In this document: one piece after another, positions 26,937-36,606 of the stretch
Layout of the letters: each line of letters opens with the position of its first letter
How positions within the stretch are numbered: position 1 is the stretch's first letter
The notes under the pieces: model-generated
The model's input: the letters and a program-made list of their open reading frames with translations, nothing else
Databases searched by the model: none
Told to the model about the DNA's origin: nothing
Assembly: GCA_017937285.1 (NCBI GenBank)
Contig: JAGBDU010000038.1
Location: 7,795 to 71,794, forward strand
Reading direction: 5' to 3'
Source: Clostridia bacterium
Lineage (GTDB): Bacteria > Bacillota > Clostridia > TANB77 > CAG-508
Length of the DNA stretch: 64,000 nucleotides
Program-made: the position numbers and the translations under genes

Positions 26937-29759
26937 ATGAATGACAAAATACTAATAAAAGGTGCAAAAGTACATAATCTAAAGAACATAGATTTAGAAA
27001 TACCAAGAGATAAATTAGTAGTTATAACAGGACTTTCAGGATCCGGAAAATCATCATTAGCATTTGATACACTATATGCAGAAGGCCAAAGAAGATATGT
27101 AGAAAGTCTATCGTCATATGCAAGACAATTTTTAGGACTAATGGAAAAACCAGATGTAGAATCCATAGATGGATTATCTCCAGCCATATCAATAGACCAA
27201 AAAACAACATCAAAAAATCCACGATCAACAGTAGGAACAGTAACAGAAATATATGACTACATACGTTTACTATATGCTAGAATAGGTGTACCTCACTGCC
27301 CAAAATGTGGTAAAAAAATAGAAAAACAATCAATTGACCAAATTATAGATAATATAATGAGCCTTGATGAAGGAACAAAAATCCAAATACTAGCTCCTGT
27401 AATTAGAGGAAGAAAAGGAGAATATAAAAAGTTATTAGAGGACTTCCAAAAAGAAGGATTTGTAAGAGCTAAAATAGATGGACAAGTTTATGAATTATCT
27501 GATGATATTGATATAGATAGAAAAAAGAAACATACTATTGAACTTATAGTAGATAGATTAGTTGTAAAAGAAGATATAAGAGGAAGACTGACAGAATCTG
27601 TAGAAACAGCTCTAAAACATGCAAGCAATTTAGTTGGTGTAGATGTAATAGGGGGAGATCCGCTTCTATTTAGTCAAAATTATTCTTGTCCTGATTGTGG
27701 TATAAGTATTGAAGAGCTAACACCTAGAATGTTTTCATTCAATAATCCATTTGGAGCATGTCCTGCATGTTCTGGTATTGGATATGTAATGAAAATGGAT
27801 GAAGATTTAATTATCCCAGATAAAAACAAAACTTTATATGATGGTGTTAAAGCATTTGGAGCAAGTACCATGAAAAAAGGCGATACTATGGCAAAAATGT
27901 ATTTTGAAAGTATAGGCAAAAAATATAATGTAGATATAAAACAACCTATTAAAAAGCTTCCTCGTAAATTTTTAGATAAAATACTTTATGGCACAGGTGA
28001 TGAAGAAATAGATTTTAAATATACTTCATCTGCAGGAACAAGAAAATTTACAGCACCATTTGAAGGAGTAATGCCTACACTAACTAGAAGATACAAAGAA
28101 ACAAAATCACAAGGTATGAGGGATTTTTATGAAATGTATATGAGTAGCAGTCATTGTGATGTATGTAATGGAGCAAGATTAAAACCAGAAACATTATCTG
28201 TAACAGTTGGAAATAAAAATATAAATCAGCTTACAGATATGCCTATAAACAAAATAAAAGAATTCTTGAATAATTTAAAACTAAATAAAACTCAAGCAAT
28301 GATATCAGAGCTAATATTAAAAGAAATAGATAAAAGACTTCAATTCTTGTTAGATGTCGGATTAGAATATCTAACTCTATCAAGAACAGCAGGTACATTA
28401 TCAGGAGGAGAAGCACAACGTATTCGTTTGGCAACACAAATAGGTTCTGGCTTAACAGGAGTACTATATATATTAGACGAACCAAGTATAGGTCTACATC
28501 AAAGAGATAATGAAAAACTAATAGCTACATTAAAAAAATTAAGAGATTTAGGTAACACAGTAATAGTAGTAGAGCATGATGAAGATACTATGTATGCAGC
28601 AGACCAAATCATAGATATTGGACCAGAAGCAGGTGTACATGGTGGAAACGTAATAGCACAGGGGACAGCTGAGGAAATAAAAACAATTCCAGAATCTATT
28701 ACAGGACAATACTTAAGTGGCAAAAAGAAAATAGATTTACCTAAAAAAAGAAGAAAATCTAACGGTAAATCTATTCAAATAATAAAAGCATCAGAAAACA
28801 ACCTAAAAAATATAGATGTAAAAATACCATTAGGTCAGTTTGTATGTATAACAGGCGTATCTGGTTCAGGAAAAAGTACATTAATAAATGAAATACTATA
28901 TAAAACAATAGCGAGAGATTTAAATGGAGCAAATGAAAAGCCTGGTAAATGTAAAGAAATAAAAGGTATAGAAAATATAGACAAAATAATTAATATAGAT
29001 CAATCTCCTATAGGAAGAACACCACGCTCTAACCCAGCTACATATACAGGAGTATTTGATAGCATAAGAGACTTATTTGCAGGAACAAATGATGCTAAAC
29101 TTAGAGGATTTGACAAAGGAAGATTTAGCTTTAATGTTGCTGGAGGTAGATGCGAAAATTGTAATGGAGATGGATTAATAAAAATAGAAATGCATTTTTT
29201 ACCAGATATATACGTACCTTGCGAAGTATGTAAAGGTAAAAGATATAACCATGAAACTCTGCAAGTTAAATATAAAGGTAAAACAATATCAGATGTACTT
29301 GAAATGACAGTAGAAGATGCTTTAAAATTTTTCGAAAACATTCCTAAAATAAAAAATAAAATTCAAACATTATATGATGTAGGTTTAGGATATATAAAAC
29401 TTGGACAACCATCTACCACATTATCAGGAGGAGAAGCACAACGTGTTAAACTTGCAACAGAACTTTCTAAAAAAGCTACTGGTAAAACATTATATATATT
29501 AGATGAACCTACTACAGGACTTCATATAGCAGATGTTCATAAATTAGTTGATATTTTACAAAGATTAGTCGATACAGGAAATAGCATTGTAGTTATAGAG
29601 CATAATTTAGATTTAATAAAAACAAGTGACTATATTATAGACTTAGGTCCAGAAGGAGGAGAAGCGGGAGGTACAATAGTCGCGACTGGAACTCCTGAGC
29701 AAGTTTGTAAGGTTGAAAGCTCTTATACTGGCAAGTTTTTAAAGAAATACTTGATATAA
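26937..29759 (+). CDS. uvrA: excinuclease ABC subunit A
   Basis: 940 aa. Two ABC modules ([18 protein letters not shown], two LSGGEAQR signatures) and zinc-finger cysteines [18 protein letters not shown]...CEVCKG. Confidence 0.95.
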   Translation: MNDKILIKGAKVHNLKNIDLEIPRDKLVVITGLSGSGKSSLAFDTLYAEGQRRYVESLSSYARQFLGLMEKPDVESIDGLSPAISIDQKTTSKNPRSTVGTVTEIYDYIRLLYARIGVPHCPKCGKKIEKQSIDQIIDNIMSLDEGTKIQILAPVIRGRKGEYKKLLEDFQKEGFVRAKIDGQVYELSDDIDIDRKKKHTIELIVDRLVVKEDIRGRLTESVETALKHASNLVGVDVIGGDPLLFSQNYSCPDCGISIEELTPRMFSFNNPFGACPACSGIGYVMKMDEDLIIPDKNKTLYDGVKAFGASTMKKGDTMAKMYFESIGKKYNVDIKQPIKKLPRKFLDKILYGTGDEEIDFKYTSSAGTRKFTAPFEGVMPTLTRRYKETKSQGMRDFYEMYMSSSHCDVCNGARLKPETLSVTVGNKNINQLTDMPINKIKEFLNNLKLNKTQAMISELILKEIDKRLQFLLDVGLEYLTLSRTAGTLSGGEAQRIRLATQIGSGLTGVLYILDEPSIGLHQRDNEKLIATLKKLRDLGNTVIVVEHDEDTMYAADQIIDIGPEAGVHGGNVIAQGTAEEIKTIPESITGQYLSGKKKIDLPKKRRKSNGKSIQIIKASENNLKNIDVKIPLGQFVCITGVSGSGKSTLINEILYKTIARDLNGANEKPGKCKEIKGIENIDKIINIDQSPIGRTPRSNPATYTGVFDSIRDLFAGTNDAKLRGFDKGRFSFNVAGGRCENCNGDGLIKIEMHFLPDIYVPCEVCKGKRYNHETLQVKYKGKTISDVLEMTVEDALKFFENIPKIKNKIQTLYDVGLGYIKLGQPSTTLSGGEAQRVKLATELSKKATGKTLYILDEPTTGLHIADVHKLVDILQRLVDTGNSIVVIEHNLDLIKTSDYIIDLGPEGGEAGGTIVATGTPEQVCKVESSYTGKFLKKYLI

Positions 29760-29830
29760 TATATACTAATTTTAATTGTGCTTAGATTATAATTTTTATA
29801 GATTAAAAGGAAAATTTTAATAAATTTAGA

Positions 29831-29864
29831 AAAACAAGCAGTGAATTAAACACTGCTTGTTTTG
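29831..29864. terminator. bidirectional terminator
   Basis: AAAACAAGCAGTG-aattaaa-CACTGCTTGTTTT between convergent genes. Confidence 0.8.
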
Positions 29865-29868
29865 TACA

Positions 29869-30822
29869 TTATAATGAAAATAAATCGTAAGCGTTTTCAA
29901 AAAGTATTTTGTTTCTGTCTTTCTCAGTAATATTTAAAGTGCATATTACCTTAAGCTCATCCTTAGAATTTCCCCATGGAGAATCTGTGCCAAATAATAT
30001 TTTATTAGCACCAACATACCGCAAAGCGATATTGTAAATATCTAATGGAGAATCTAAACACATGTGATTGCCAAATGATGATTCTTGGTGCTTAAACATA
30101 AAAGTAGAAGGACAGCAATCTATAAATACATTTGGCATGTTTGCAATTTCTTCTAGATATTGTGGAAAAAGCTGAGCTGCATGTGCTATTACTACTTGGT
30201 TTTTTGGATGATTTTTTGCAAAGATAAGAGCATTTTCAGTAGATTCAAGCGACCTTGTACCAGTATGAATAAGAAATGGTAACTTAGTGCTTAAATGTAG
30301 CTCTTTTACTGATGCTTGATTTGTCCATGGATGCAATTTATAACCTACAAACTCGTTTGCAAAATTATGCTCAAAAAAATTGATTTCTTGTTGAATTGTA
30401 GAATTACAAATGCTTAAGAAGACGAATGGCTTTATTTTAAAGCGCAGGCTCTGTGTCCGCTTCAAAAGTTCAATATTATACTTCCTTACAGGATCAATTC
30501 CTGTATAAATAATTGTATTGCAAGTTTTACAATATATGGATAAAAAATTATTGCTTTGAACAATTGCAGTTCTATGTTTCTTTGAATAGGTACAATCAGA
30601 ACAATTTTCCATATTGTTGTTTATGCTTTCACATTTTGGGCAAGATATTGAACAATCAGATGGGCATCGAAAAATATCCAATTTAGGATTTAAAGAGGGA
30701 AGTGCAATTGAAATACCAGCTGTATCCATTTCATGCAAAAATTGCTTTAAGTTGTAATCGTTGTAGAAAAAGCAATTACTGCTAAATGGATTGATGTGCA
30801 AATGTGTGTTTACAATAGGCAT
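29869..30822 (-). CDS. amidohydrolase-2 (TIM-barrel metal hydrolase) family protein with a Cys-rich insertion
   Basis: N-terminal NTHLHI (HxH) and C-terminal ILFGTDSPW. About 60 inserted residues carry CPSDC..CPKC...CSDC...CKTC. GGAGG RBS; G+C richer than the flanks. Confidence 0.75.
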   Translation of the reverse strand: MPIVNTHLHINPFSSNCFFYNDYNLKQFLHEMDTAGISIALPSLNPKLDIFRCPSDCSISCPKCESINNNMENCSDCTYSKKHRTAIVQSNNFLSIYCKTCNTIIYTGIDPVRKYNIELLKRTQSLRFKIKPFVFLSICNSTIQQEINFFEHNFANEFVGYKLHPWTNQASVKELHLSTKLPFLIHTGTRSLESTENALIFAKNHPKNQVVIAHAAQLFPQYLEEIANMPNVFIDCCPSTFMFKHQESSFGNHMCLDSPLDIYNIALRYVGANKILFGTDSPWGNSKDELKVICTLNITEKDRNKILFENAYDLFSL

Positions 30823-30923
30823 AATTCAAACCTCCATTATTGCCAACAAAATTTATTTTCATTTTTTTGTACATAGGTACATATAATGTAATGTGATTAT
30901 AATAACATACGAGAAAATTTAAA

Positions 30924-31048
30924 TCAAGTTGGGGACGGAGATTTTTTGGAGGTGTCATTGGGGACGGAGATTTTTGACACAAACTCCATTTGTGTCAAAA
31001 ATCTCCGTCCCCAATGACACCCCAAAAAAATCTCCGTCCCCAACTTGA
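30924..31048. repeat. 125-bp near-perfect palindromic element (60-nt arms, 5-nt loop), two TTGGGGACGGAGATTTTT copies per arm
   Basis: Base-by-base pairing of 30924-30983 with 30989-31048 gives 58/60 complementary positions. It shares the core TCAAGTTGGGGACGGAG with the element at 38724. Confidence 0.9.
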
Positions 31049-31130
31049 CATTTTTATACATTATTTATAAAATATATAAAAATAAAAGAGCGGGAAAATA
31101 TAACACGAATAAATCGTATGAGGAGGGAAT

Positions 31131-31631
31131 ATGATAAGAGAAGGAAAACTAAGTGATGCAGATCAAATTTCAAAAATAAAAGTAGAATCATGGAAAGCCA
31201 CATATAAAGATTTGATGCCGGACAATATATTAAAAGATATAACATTCGAAAAAGAAAAAGAAAAATTTATAAATAAATTTGGCAAAAGACGAATAGTTGT
31301 ATATGAAGAAAATGACGAAATATTAGGATACTCTTTTTTTGGAAAAAGACAAAATTTGAACCAAGAAAATATGGCAGATTATACATCAGAAATATATGCG
31401 TTATATATAAAAAATGATTATAGAAGAAAAGGAGTAGGAACAAAAATTATACAACACATATGTAATACTTTAAAAGAAGAAAATAATGATAAGGTATTAT
31501 TGTGGTGTTTAAAAGGCAATCAAGGCGCAATAGATTTTTATAAGAAAAATGGTTTTGAATATTTAAAAGATAAAGCACAAGAACTAAATGGCATAAATGT
31601 AGAAGAGCTAAGTTTTGGAAAAAAATTATAA
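31131..31631 (+). CDS. GNAT family N-acetyltransferase
   Basis: 166 aa, RRKGVGTK (R-x-x-G-x-G) motif, GAGGAGGG RBS. First gene of the radical-SAM operon. Confidence 0.85.
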   Translation: MIREGKLSDADQISKIKVESWKATYKDLMPDNILKDITFEKEKEKFINKFGKRRIVVYEENDEILGYSFFGKRQNLNQENMADYTSEIYALYIKNDYRRKGVGTKIIQHICNTLKEENNDKVLLWCLKGNQGAIDFYKKNGFEYLKDKAQELNGINVEELSFGKKL

Positions 31632-31644
31632 AAGGAGTATCTTT

Positions 31645-31845
31645 ATGAATTATAAGTTAACTAGATATGTGTCATATAAAGAAAAAAATAATATTATAGC
31701 TGTTTATTCGAATTTCAATCTAATGTTTTTTAAAGGTGATACTGCAATGTGGTTTAAGAAAATTGTAAATAAGGAAAATATAGATGAAATTCCAAAAAAA
31801 TATTTAGAATATTTACAAAGGAAAGAAGTGATAGAGCTTGATTAA
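31645..31845 (+). CDS. small PqqD-like protein (candidate RiPP recognition element / peptide chaperone)
   Basis: AAGGAG then ATG at 31645, 66 aa. Its size, its position directly before the rSAM genes and the pattern ...NNIIAVYSNFNLMFFKGDTAMWFKKI...IDEIP..YLEYLQRKEVIE fit the PqqD/RRE fold. The assignment is by eye only. Confidence 0.45.
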   Translation: MNYKLTRYVSYKEKNNIIAVYSNFNLMFFKGDTAMWFKKIVNKENIDEIPKKYLEYLQRKEVIELD

Positions 31846-32908
31846 TGGATTTTCAAGAAATGAAATTGCAGATTTAATTTGGGAAAAGCCATATTTTACT
31901 CAAATAGAGCTAACTAGAAATTGCAATTTTTCATGTAAATTTTGTTTTGAAAATTGTGATTATGGAAAAAAGTATGAAGATAAATCGTTAGATGAATGGA
32001 AATATGTAATAGATAATTTATATTCGCTTGGGGTAAAACACTTGCATTTTTCCGGAGGAGAAAACTTTTTATATAAGTACTATAAAGAGCTATTACAATA
32101 TGCAAAACAAAAAGATTTTAGAGTGCTAGTAAATACAAATGGTTATTTTGATATAACAAATGTTTTAGATTATGTAGATGATTTTGTTTTTTCTGTTCAT
32201 GGTTATAAAGATGTTCATGACGAAATAGTAAACAAAAAAGGTGCTTTTGATAAAGTAGAAAAGAACATAGAAATAGCTGTAAATGCCAATAAAAATGTTT
32301 CAATAAATAGTGTTTTGATAAAAGAAAACTTAAATGATTATTTAAATTTGTATAATTATTTTTATGGAAAATATAAAAATAAAGTTAAATATTCACCAAC
32401 TTTGGCAATTCCATGTAAAACTGGTAAAAAAATTGATAATCTATCAGTAGATTTAAATAAAGAAAATATGGATATATATCTTAATATTTTAAATACTGTA
32501 GGTGAGCAAAATCTGGTGTATAAACATGGACTACATGGTTTGTGTAGCCTAGATAGAAATGAAAATGACTTCTTTATGCCAGTATGTGCAGCAGGTAAAA
32601 GTAAACTTATTATAAAATATAATGGAAACGTGTATCCTTGTAATTTTTTTCAAACTGATGAATATTTATGTGGTAATGTATTTCAACAAGATTTAAAAGA
32701 AATTTGGAAAAATGGAAAAGGATTTAATGTATTTAGGTCATATTATTTATGTAATGATATACCTGATGAATGTCAAAGCTGTAAAAAGAAAAATAATTGT
32801 TATTCAGGATGTAGAGCTTGGACCAAAAGCTACATAAATGGGGATATGAGTATTAAAAAGGAAAGAGATGATAGATGTGAAATTATCAATGCATATATTA
32901 GAGCTTGA
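31838..32908 (+). CDS. radical SAM enzyme with a C-terminal SPASM domain (maturase 1)
   Basis: CNFSCKFC (CX3CX2C), SGGE, and SPASM CQSCKKKNNCYSGC (CX2CX5CX3C) preceded by CAAG...GNVYPC. TTG start overlaps the previous stop. Confidence 0.9.
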   Translation: MINGFSRNEIADLIWEKPYFTQIELTRNCNFSCKFCFENCDYGKKYEDKSLDEWKYVIDNLYSLGVKHLHFSGGENFLYKYYKELLQYAKQKDFRVLVNTNGYFDITNVLDYVDDFVFSVHGYKDVHDEIVNKKGAFDKVEKNIEIAVNANKNVSINSVLIKENLNDYLNLYNYFYGKYKNKVKYSPTLAIPCKTGKKIDNLSVDLNKENMDIYLNILNTVGEQNLVYKHGLHGLCSLDRNENDFFMPVCAAGKSKLIIKYNGNVYPCNFFQTDEYLCGNVFQQDLKEIWKNGKGFNVFRSYYLCNDIPDECQSCKKKNNCYSGCRAWTKSYINGDMSIKKERDDRCEIINAYIRA

Positions 32909-33848
32909 AATAACAACTAGATGTAACTTAAACTGCTTACATTGCTATAATAGAGGCTATGAAAATATGGATATGCCATATGAGCAGATAATAAAATATA
33001 TAAACTTCGCTAACGAAAATTCAGTAAGTACTTTAGTAATTTCTGGAGGAGAAGCAAGTTTGCATAAAGATTTTATGAAATTATGCGAATATTTAGAGCA
33101 AGAAAGACCTAAATTAACTAATATTTCAAAAATAGTATTACAAACTAATGGATATATTTCTAATATGGATATTACTAAATTAAGAGGATTTGATTACATA
33201 CATTTAAGTTTTGATTTAGATGACAACAAAATTAGAAAAATCGAAGCGGATAAAACAATAGAATTAGCAAAAAAAATAAAATCTGCAGGAATTTCACCAT
33301 ACTTTTTTACAACAGTACATAAAAATAATGTGAATCACATTGATGAAATAGTTAAATTAGCTAATGATAATGAAATACGAATTGCATTCAACTTTTGTAT
33401 AGATACTGGCAGAAACAAAGAGGTTTTATTAAGTACTGAAGAAAAAATATTTGCTATAAAAAAATTATTACAATATGAAAAAGAAGGCAAAATAAGTAAA
33501 TTACGAAACCCATATGTAAATTCATATAAAGAGCTTTCTTCAGATGATGATAATTTTAGAATAAAAGGTGGATGTACAGCAGGAATTGCAGCATGTAGTA
33601 TATTAGCTAATGGTGATGTTATACCATGTCCATTTTTTAGAGAAGTATGTGGAAATGTAAATGAAAATAAATTAGAAGATATTTGGTTTAATTCTGAAAT
33701 GTTAAAAGAGCTTAGATATAGAAAAAAGTACGAAACCTGTGGTGATTGCAAATACCTAGCTTATTGTGGTGGATGCAGAAAATCTGCATACGAAACATCT
33801 CATAAGTTAAATGGATTTGATAAAAATTGTATTATGATAGGGAGGTGA
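32868..33848 (+). CDS. radical SAM enzyme with a C-terminal SPASM domain (maturase 2)
   Basis: CNLNCLHC (CX3CX2C), SGGE, and SPASM CGDCKYLAYCGGC (CX2CX5CX3C) preceded by CTAG...GDVIPC. The start may instead be the ATG at 32889. Confidence 0.9.
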   Translation: MIDVKLSMHILELEITTRCNLNCLHCYNRGYENMDMPYEQIIKYINFANENSVSTLVISGGEASLHKDFMKLCEYLEQERPKLTNISKIVLQTNGYISNMDITKLRGFDYIHLSFDLDDNKIRKIEADKTIELAKKIKSAGISPYFFTTVHKNNVNHIDEIVKLANDNEIRIAFNFCIDTGRNKEVLLSTEEKIFAIKKLLQYEKEGKISKLRNPYVNSYKELSSDDDNFRIKGGCTAGIAACSILANGDVIPCPFFREVCGNVNENKLEDIWFNSEMLKELRYRKKYETCGDCKYLAYCGGCRKSAYETSHKLNGFDKNCIMIGR

Positions 33849-33852
33849 TATC

Positions 33853-33918
33853 ATGGAAGAATGGCAAATGGATATTGAGGAATACAACGAATGTGGATGT
33901 GCAATAAACGGAGATTAA
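33853..33918 (+). CDS. 21-aa candidate RiPP precursor peptide MEEWQMDIEEYNECGCAINGD
   Basis: Absent from the ORF track because it is too short. GGGAGGTGA SD lies 5 nt before the ATG, 4 nt after the maturase-2 stop. A terminator follows about 30 nt downstream. Confidence 0.45.
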   Translation: MEEWQMDIEEYNECGCAINGD

Positions 33919-33946
33919 AAATCTAATAATCAATTTATTAAAATTT

Positions 33947-33980
33947 AAAGAAAGCAGATAAAATTATTCTGCTTTCTTTT
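33947..33980 (+). terminator. rho-independent terminator closing the rSAM operon
   Basis: AAAGAAAGCAGA-9 nt-TCTGCTTTCTTT followed by T. Confidence 0.8.
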
Positions 33981-34109
33981 ACTTGAATTATAATAAAGTT
34001 TTTATAAATTATAATAATGTTTTTATGTGTCTCTATTCTTATCTATTTCATTTTTACAAAATATAAGCAAGAATCAATCCGCTTCTATACTATACTAATA
34101 TAATAATAA

Positions 34110-34184
34110 TTAATCATTTTCTTGATTTTTTTGATTACCACTTTTGTTACCATTTTTATTTCCTTTTTTCTTCTTATCTGCCAT
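34110..34184 (-). CDS. 24-aa hydrophilic basic peptide MADKKKKGNKNGNKSGNQKNQEND
   Basis: Strong GGAGGTG SD 7 nt before the internal ATG at 34184. The longer 63-aa track ORF has no RBS. Confidence 0.35.
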   Translation of the reverse strand: MADKKKKGNKNGNKSGNQKNQEND

Positions 34185-34363
34185 AAAAAAACACCTCCGT
34201 TCATAAAAATAGTGTGTACATAAATTTATAAAGTATGCATTTAAATAAAAAAATCTGTAACCAAATAACTTGAAAAAGAATATATGTATGGTATAATCCA
34301 TAATGGGAAAACAATAATACCAGTTATTAATACATACGATTATTGGGAAAGGAATGATAAAAT

Positions 34364-35770
34364 ATGAATTACACTTATATAAATAGAAAGTTAGAAGAAT
34401 TTAATGCATACATATCAAATAAAAAAATTGCAATAATAGGAATTGGAGTTAGCAATATTCCTTTATTAGATTATTTCTATAAAAATAATGCTAAAGTAAC
34501 AATATTTGATAAAAAAACTTTAGATAAATTAGATGACAAAGTGATAGAAAAGATAAGTAAATATAATATAGATTATTCATTAGGAGAAAATTATTTAAGT
34601 AAATTAATAGGATTTGATGTTATTTTTAGATCACCAAGTTGTAGACCAGATACAAAAGAATTAGTAGAAGAAGCTAAACGTGGTGCATTAATAACATCAG
34701 AAATAGAAATGCTTATAAAATTATGCCCAGGTAAAGTAATAGGTATAACAGGTAGTGATGGTAAAACAACAACAACTAGTCTTACATATGCTATATTAAA
34801 AGAAAAAGGATATGACTGTTATTTAGGTGGAAATATAGGAATACCACTTTTCACAAAATTAAATGAAATGACTCCTGAATCAATAGTAGTATTAGAGCTA
34901 AGTAGCTTTCAATTAATGAATATGGAGATTAGCCCTAATATATCTGTTATTACTAATATATCTCCAAATCATTTAGATATTCATAAATCATATGAAGAAT
35001 ATATAGAATGTAAAAAGAATATATTTACACATCAATCTTCTGATGGAATAGTGGTATTAAATGCAGATAATGAGATAACAAATAAAATGAAGTCAGAAGC
35101 AAATGGAAAAGTAATAATGTTTAGTAGTAAACAAAGATTAGATAATGGAGTTATATATGATAATAAAACTATAAAATCATGTGAAGATGGATTAAGAAGA
35201 CATGTAATAGATGTTAAAAATGTAAAATTAAGGGGAATCCACAATTACGAGAACATTTGTGCGGCTATTGCAGCAACATCATCTTTAGTAGATATAGATA
35301 CACAAATAAAAGCAATAACAAAGTTTTCAGGGGTAGAACATAGGTTAGAGTTTATAAGAGAAATAAATGGTGTAAAATGGTATAATGATTCTATAGGAAC
35401 AAGTCCATCAAGAACAATAGCTGGTTTAAATTCTTTTGATGAAAAAATAGTATTAATAGCAGGAGGATATGACAAACATTTAGATTATACACCAATAGCT
35501 AAACCTATAGTAGAAAATGTATCTGCTTTAGTATTAGTAGGAGCAACTACAGAAAAAATATACGAAGCGGTAACAAAAGAGCTTAAAACACAAAACAAAG
35601 ATATGCCAATAGTCAAATGTACTACATTAGAAGAAACAATATCTATAGCTAATAAAATAGCTAAACCTGGAGAGGTAGTATTATTTTCACCAGCAAGCGC
35701 AAGTTTTGATATGTTTAAAAACTTCATGGAAAGAGGAGATTTGTTTAAGGAATTAGTAAATAATATATAA
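34364..35770 (+). CDS. murD: UDP-N-acetylmuramoyl-L-alanine--D-glutamate ligase
   Basis: 468 aa, GITGSDGKTTTTSL P-loop, Mur ligase middle and C-terminal domains, N-terminal Rossmann IGIGVSN. Confidence 0.9.
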   Translation: MNYTYINRKLEEFNAYISNKKIAIIGIGVSNIPLLDYFYKNNAKVTIFDKKTLDKLDDKVIEKISKYNIDYSLGENYLSKLIGFDVIFRSPSCRPDTKELVEEAKRGALITSEIEMLIKLCPGKVIGITGSDGKTTTTSLTYAILKEKGYDCYLGGNIGIPLFTKLNEMTPESIVVLELSSFQLMNMEISPNISVITNISPNHLDIHKSYEEYIECKKNIFTHQSSDGIVVLNADNEITNKMKSEANGKVIMFSSKQRLDNGVIYDNKTIKSCEDGLRRHVIDVKNVKLRGIHNYENICAAIAATSSLVDIDTQIKAITKFSGVEHRLEFIREINGVKWYNDSIGTSPSRTIAGLNSFDEKIVLIAGGYDKHLDYTPIAKPIVENVSALVLVGATTEKIYEAVTKELKTQNKDMPIVKCTTLEETISIANKIAKPGEVVLFSPASASFDMFKNFMERGDLFKELVNNI

Positions 35771-36011
35771 CCAAATGCAATTCATTAAACAATGTGATTT
35801 GTCAATAAATTGTATTTTTTATAAAAGACTATCTGAAATATAATTTTAGATAGTCTTTTATTATATATTCAAATTTATAATGCATGATTGACAATATTAA
35901 GATTATAATTGTGTATACATTTTTTACATATATCTTTTATATATTAAAAAATTCGCCTAAGTCACTATTTTTTAGAATATTCATATATTAATATAAGGAG
36001 GTATAAAGCAT

Positions 36012-36593
36012 ATGTATAACAATGAATATGAAGATTATATGAGAAGTATTTTAGGTTATCCTATTCAAAATGAGATGAATACATATAGAGATAACAATTT
36101 ATTTTTTCCATACAGAAGCGGAATTGCTTATACAAATGAAAACAATTACGAAAGTTTATATCCAGAAATTTACAAAATTTTAAAACCTATGGTTAGAAAA
36201 GTATGTAACAATCCAAGATATGGTAGTATTTCAAATGATACTTTAGAAATTATGGCAAATGAAATATATAATAATATAGAATCAGATATTGATGTTATAA
36301 ATGTTAATATTAACACAAAAGAAGCGGAAACATCAGGAAATCTTGCAAGAACAGACATGAAAGTTAGCCAAAGCAAAATAAAAGATGAAGAATCAAGAAT
36401 TTGTTGCGGTAATCCTACATTAAAAGATTTAATAAAAATTATGATAATAAAACAATTAATAGAAAATAATGGAAATAGACCTCCAATTAGACCAAGACCA
36501 CAATTCCCAATGCCTCCACATAGAGAGCTTGAAAATCCAGCAATATATAACAGTGACTATACTGCAAATCAACCATTTCAATTTTATAATTAA
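36012..36593 (+). CDS. hypothetical protein with a Pro-rich C-terminus
   Basis: GGAGG RBS, 193 aa, RPPIRPRPQFPMPP tract. No family recognised. Confidence 0.55.
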   Translation: MYNNEYEDYMRSILGYPIQNEMNTYRDNNLFFPYRSGIAYTNENNYESLYPEIYKILKPMVRKVCNNPRYGSISNDTLEIMANEIYNNIESDIDVINVNINTKEAETSGNLARTDMKVSQSKIKDEESRICCGNPTLKDLIKIMIIKQLIENNGNRPPIRPRPQFPMPPHRELENPAIYNSDYTANQPFQFYN

Positions 36594-36606
36594 ATATTTA
36601 GTTAAA

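Noticed and set aside
30782-30982. 66-aa ORF (MCQKSPSPMTPPKNLRPQLDLNF...) on the minus strand
   Set aside because: It is simply the translation of one arm of the 125-bp palindrome plus the upstream region of the amidohydrolase gene. It has no RBS, and its Pro/Ser-rich sequence derives from the GGGGACGGAG repeats.
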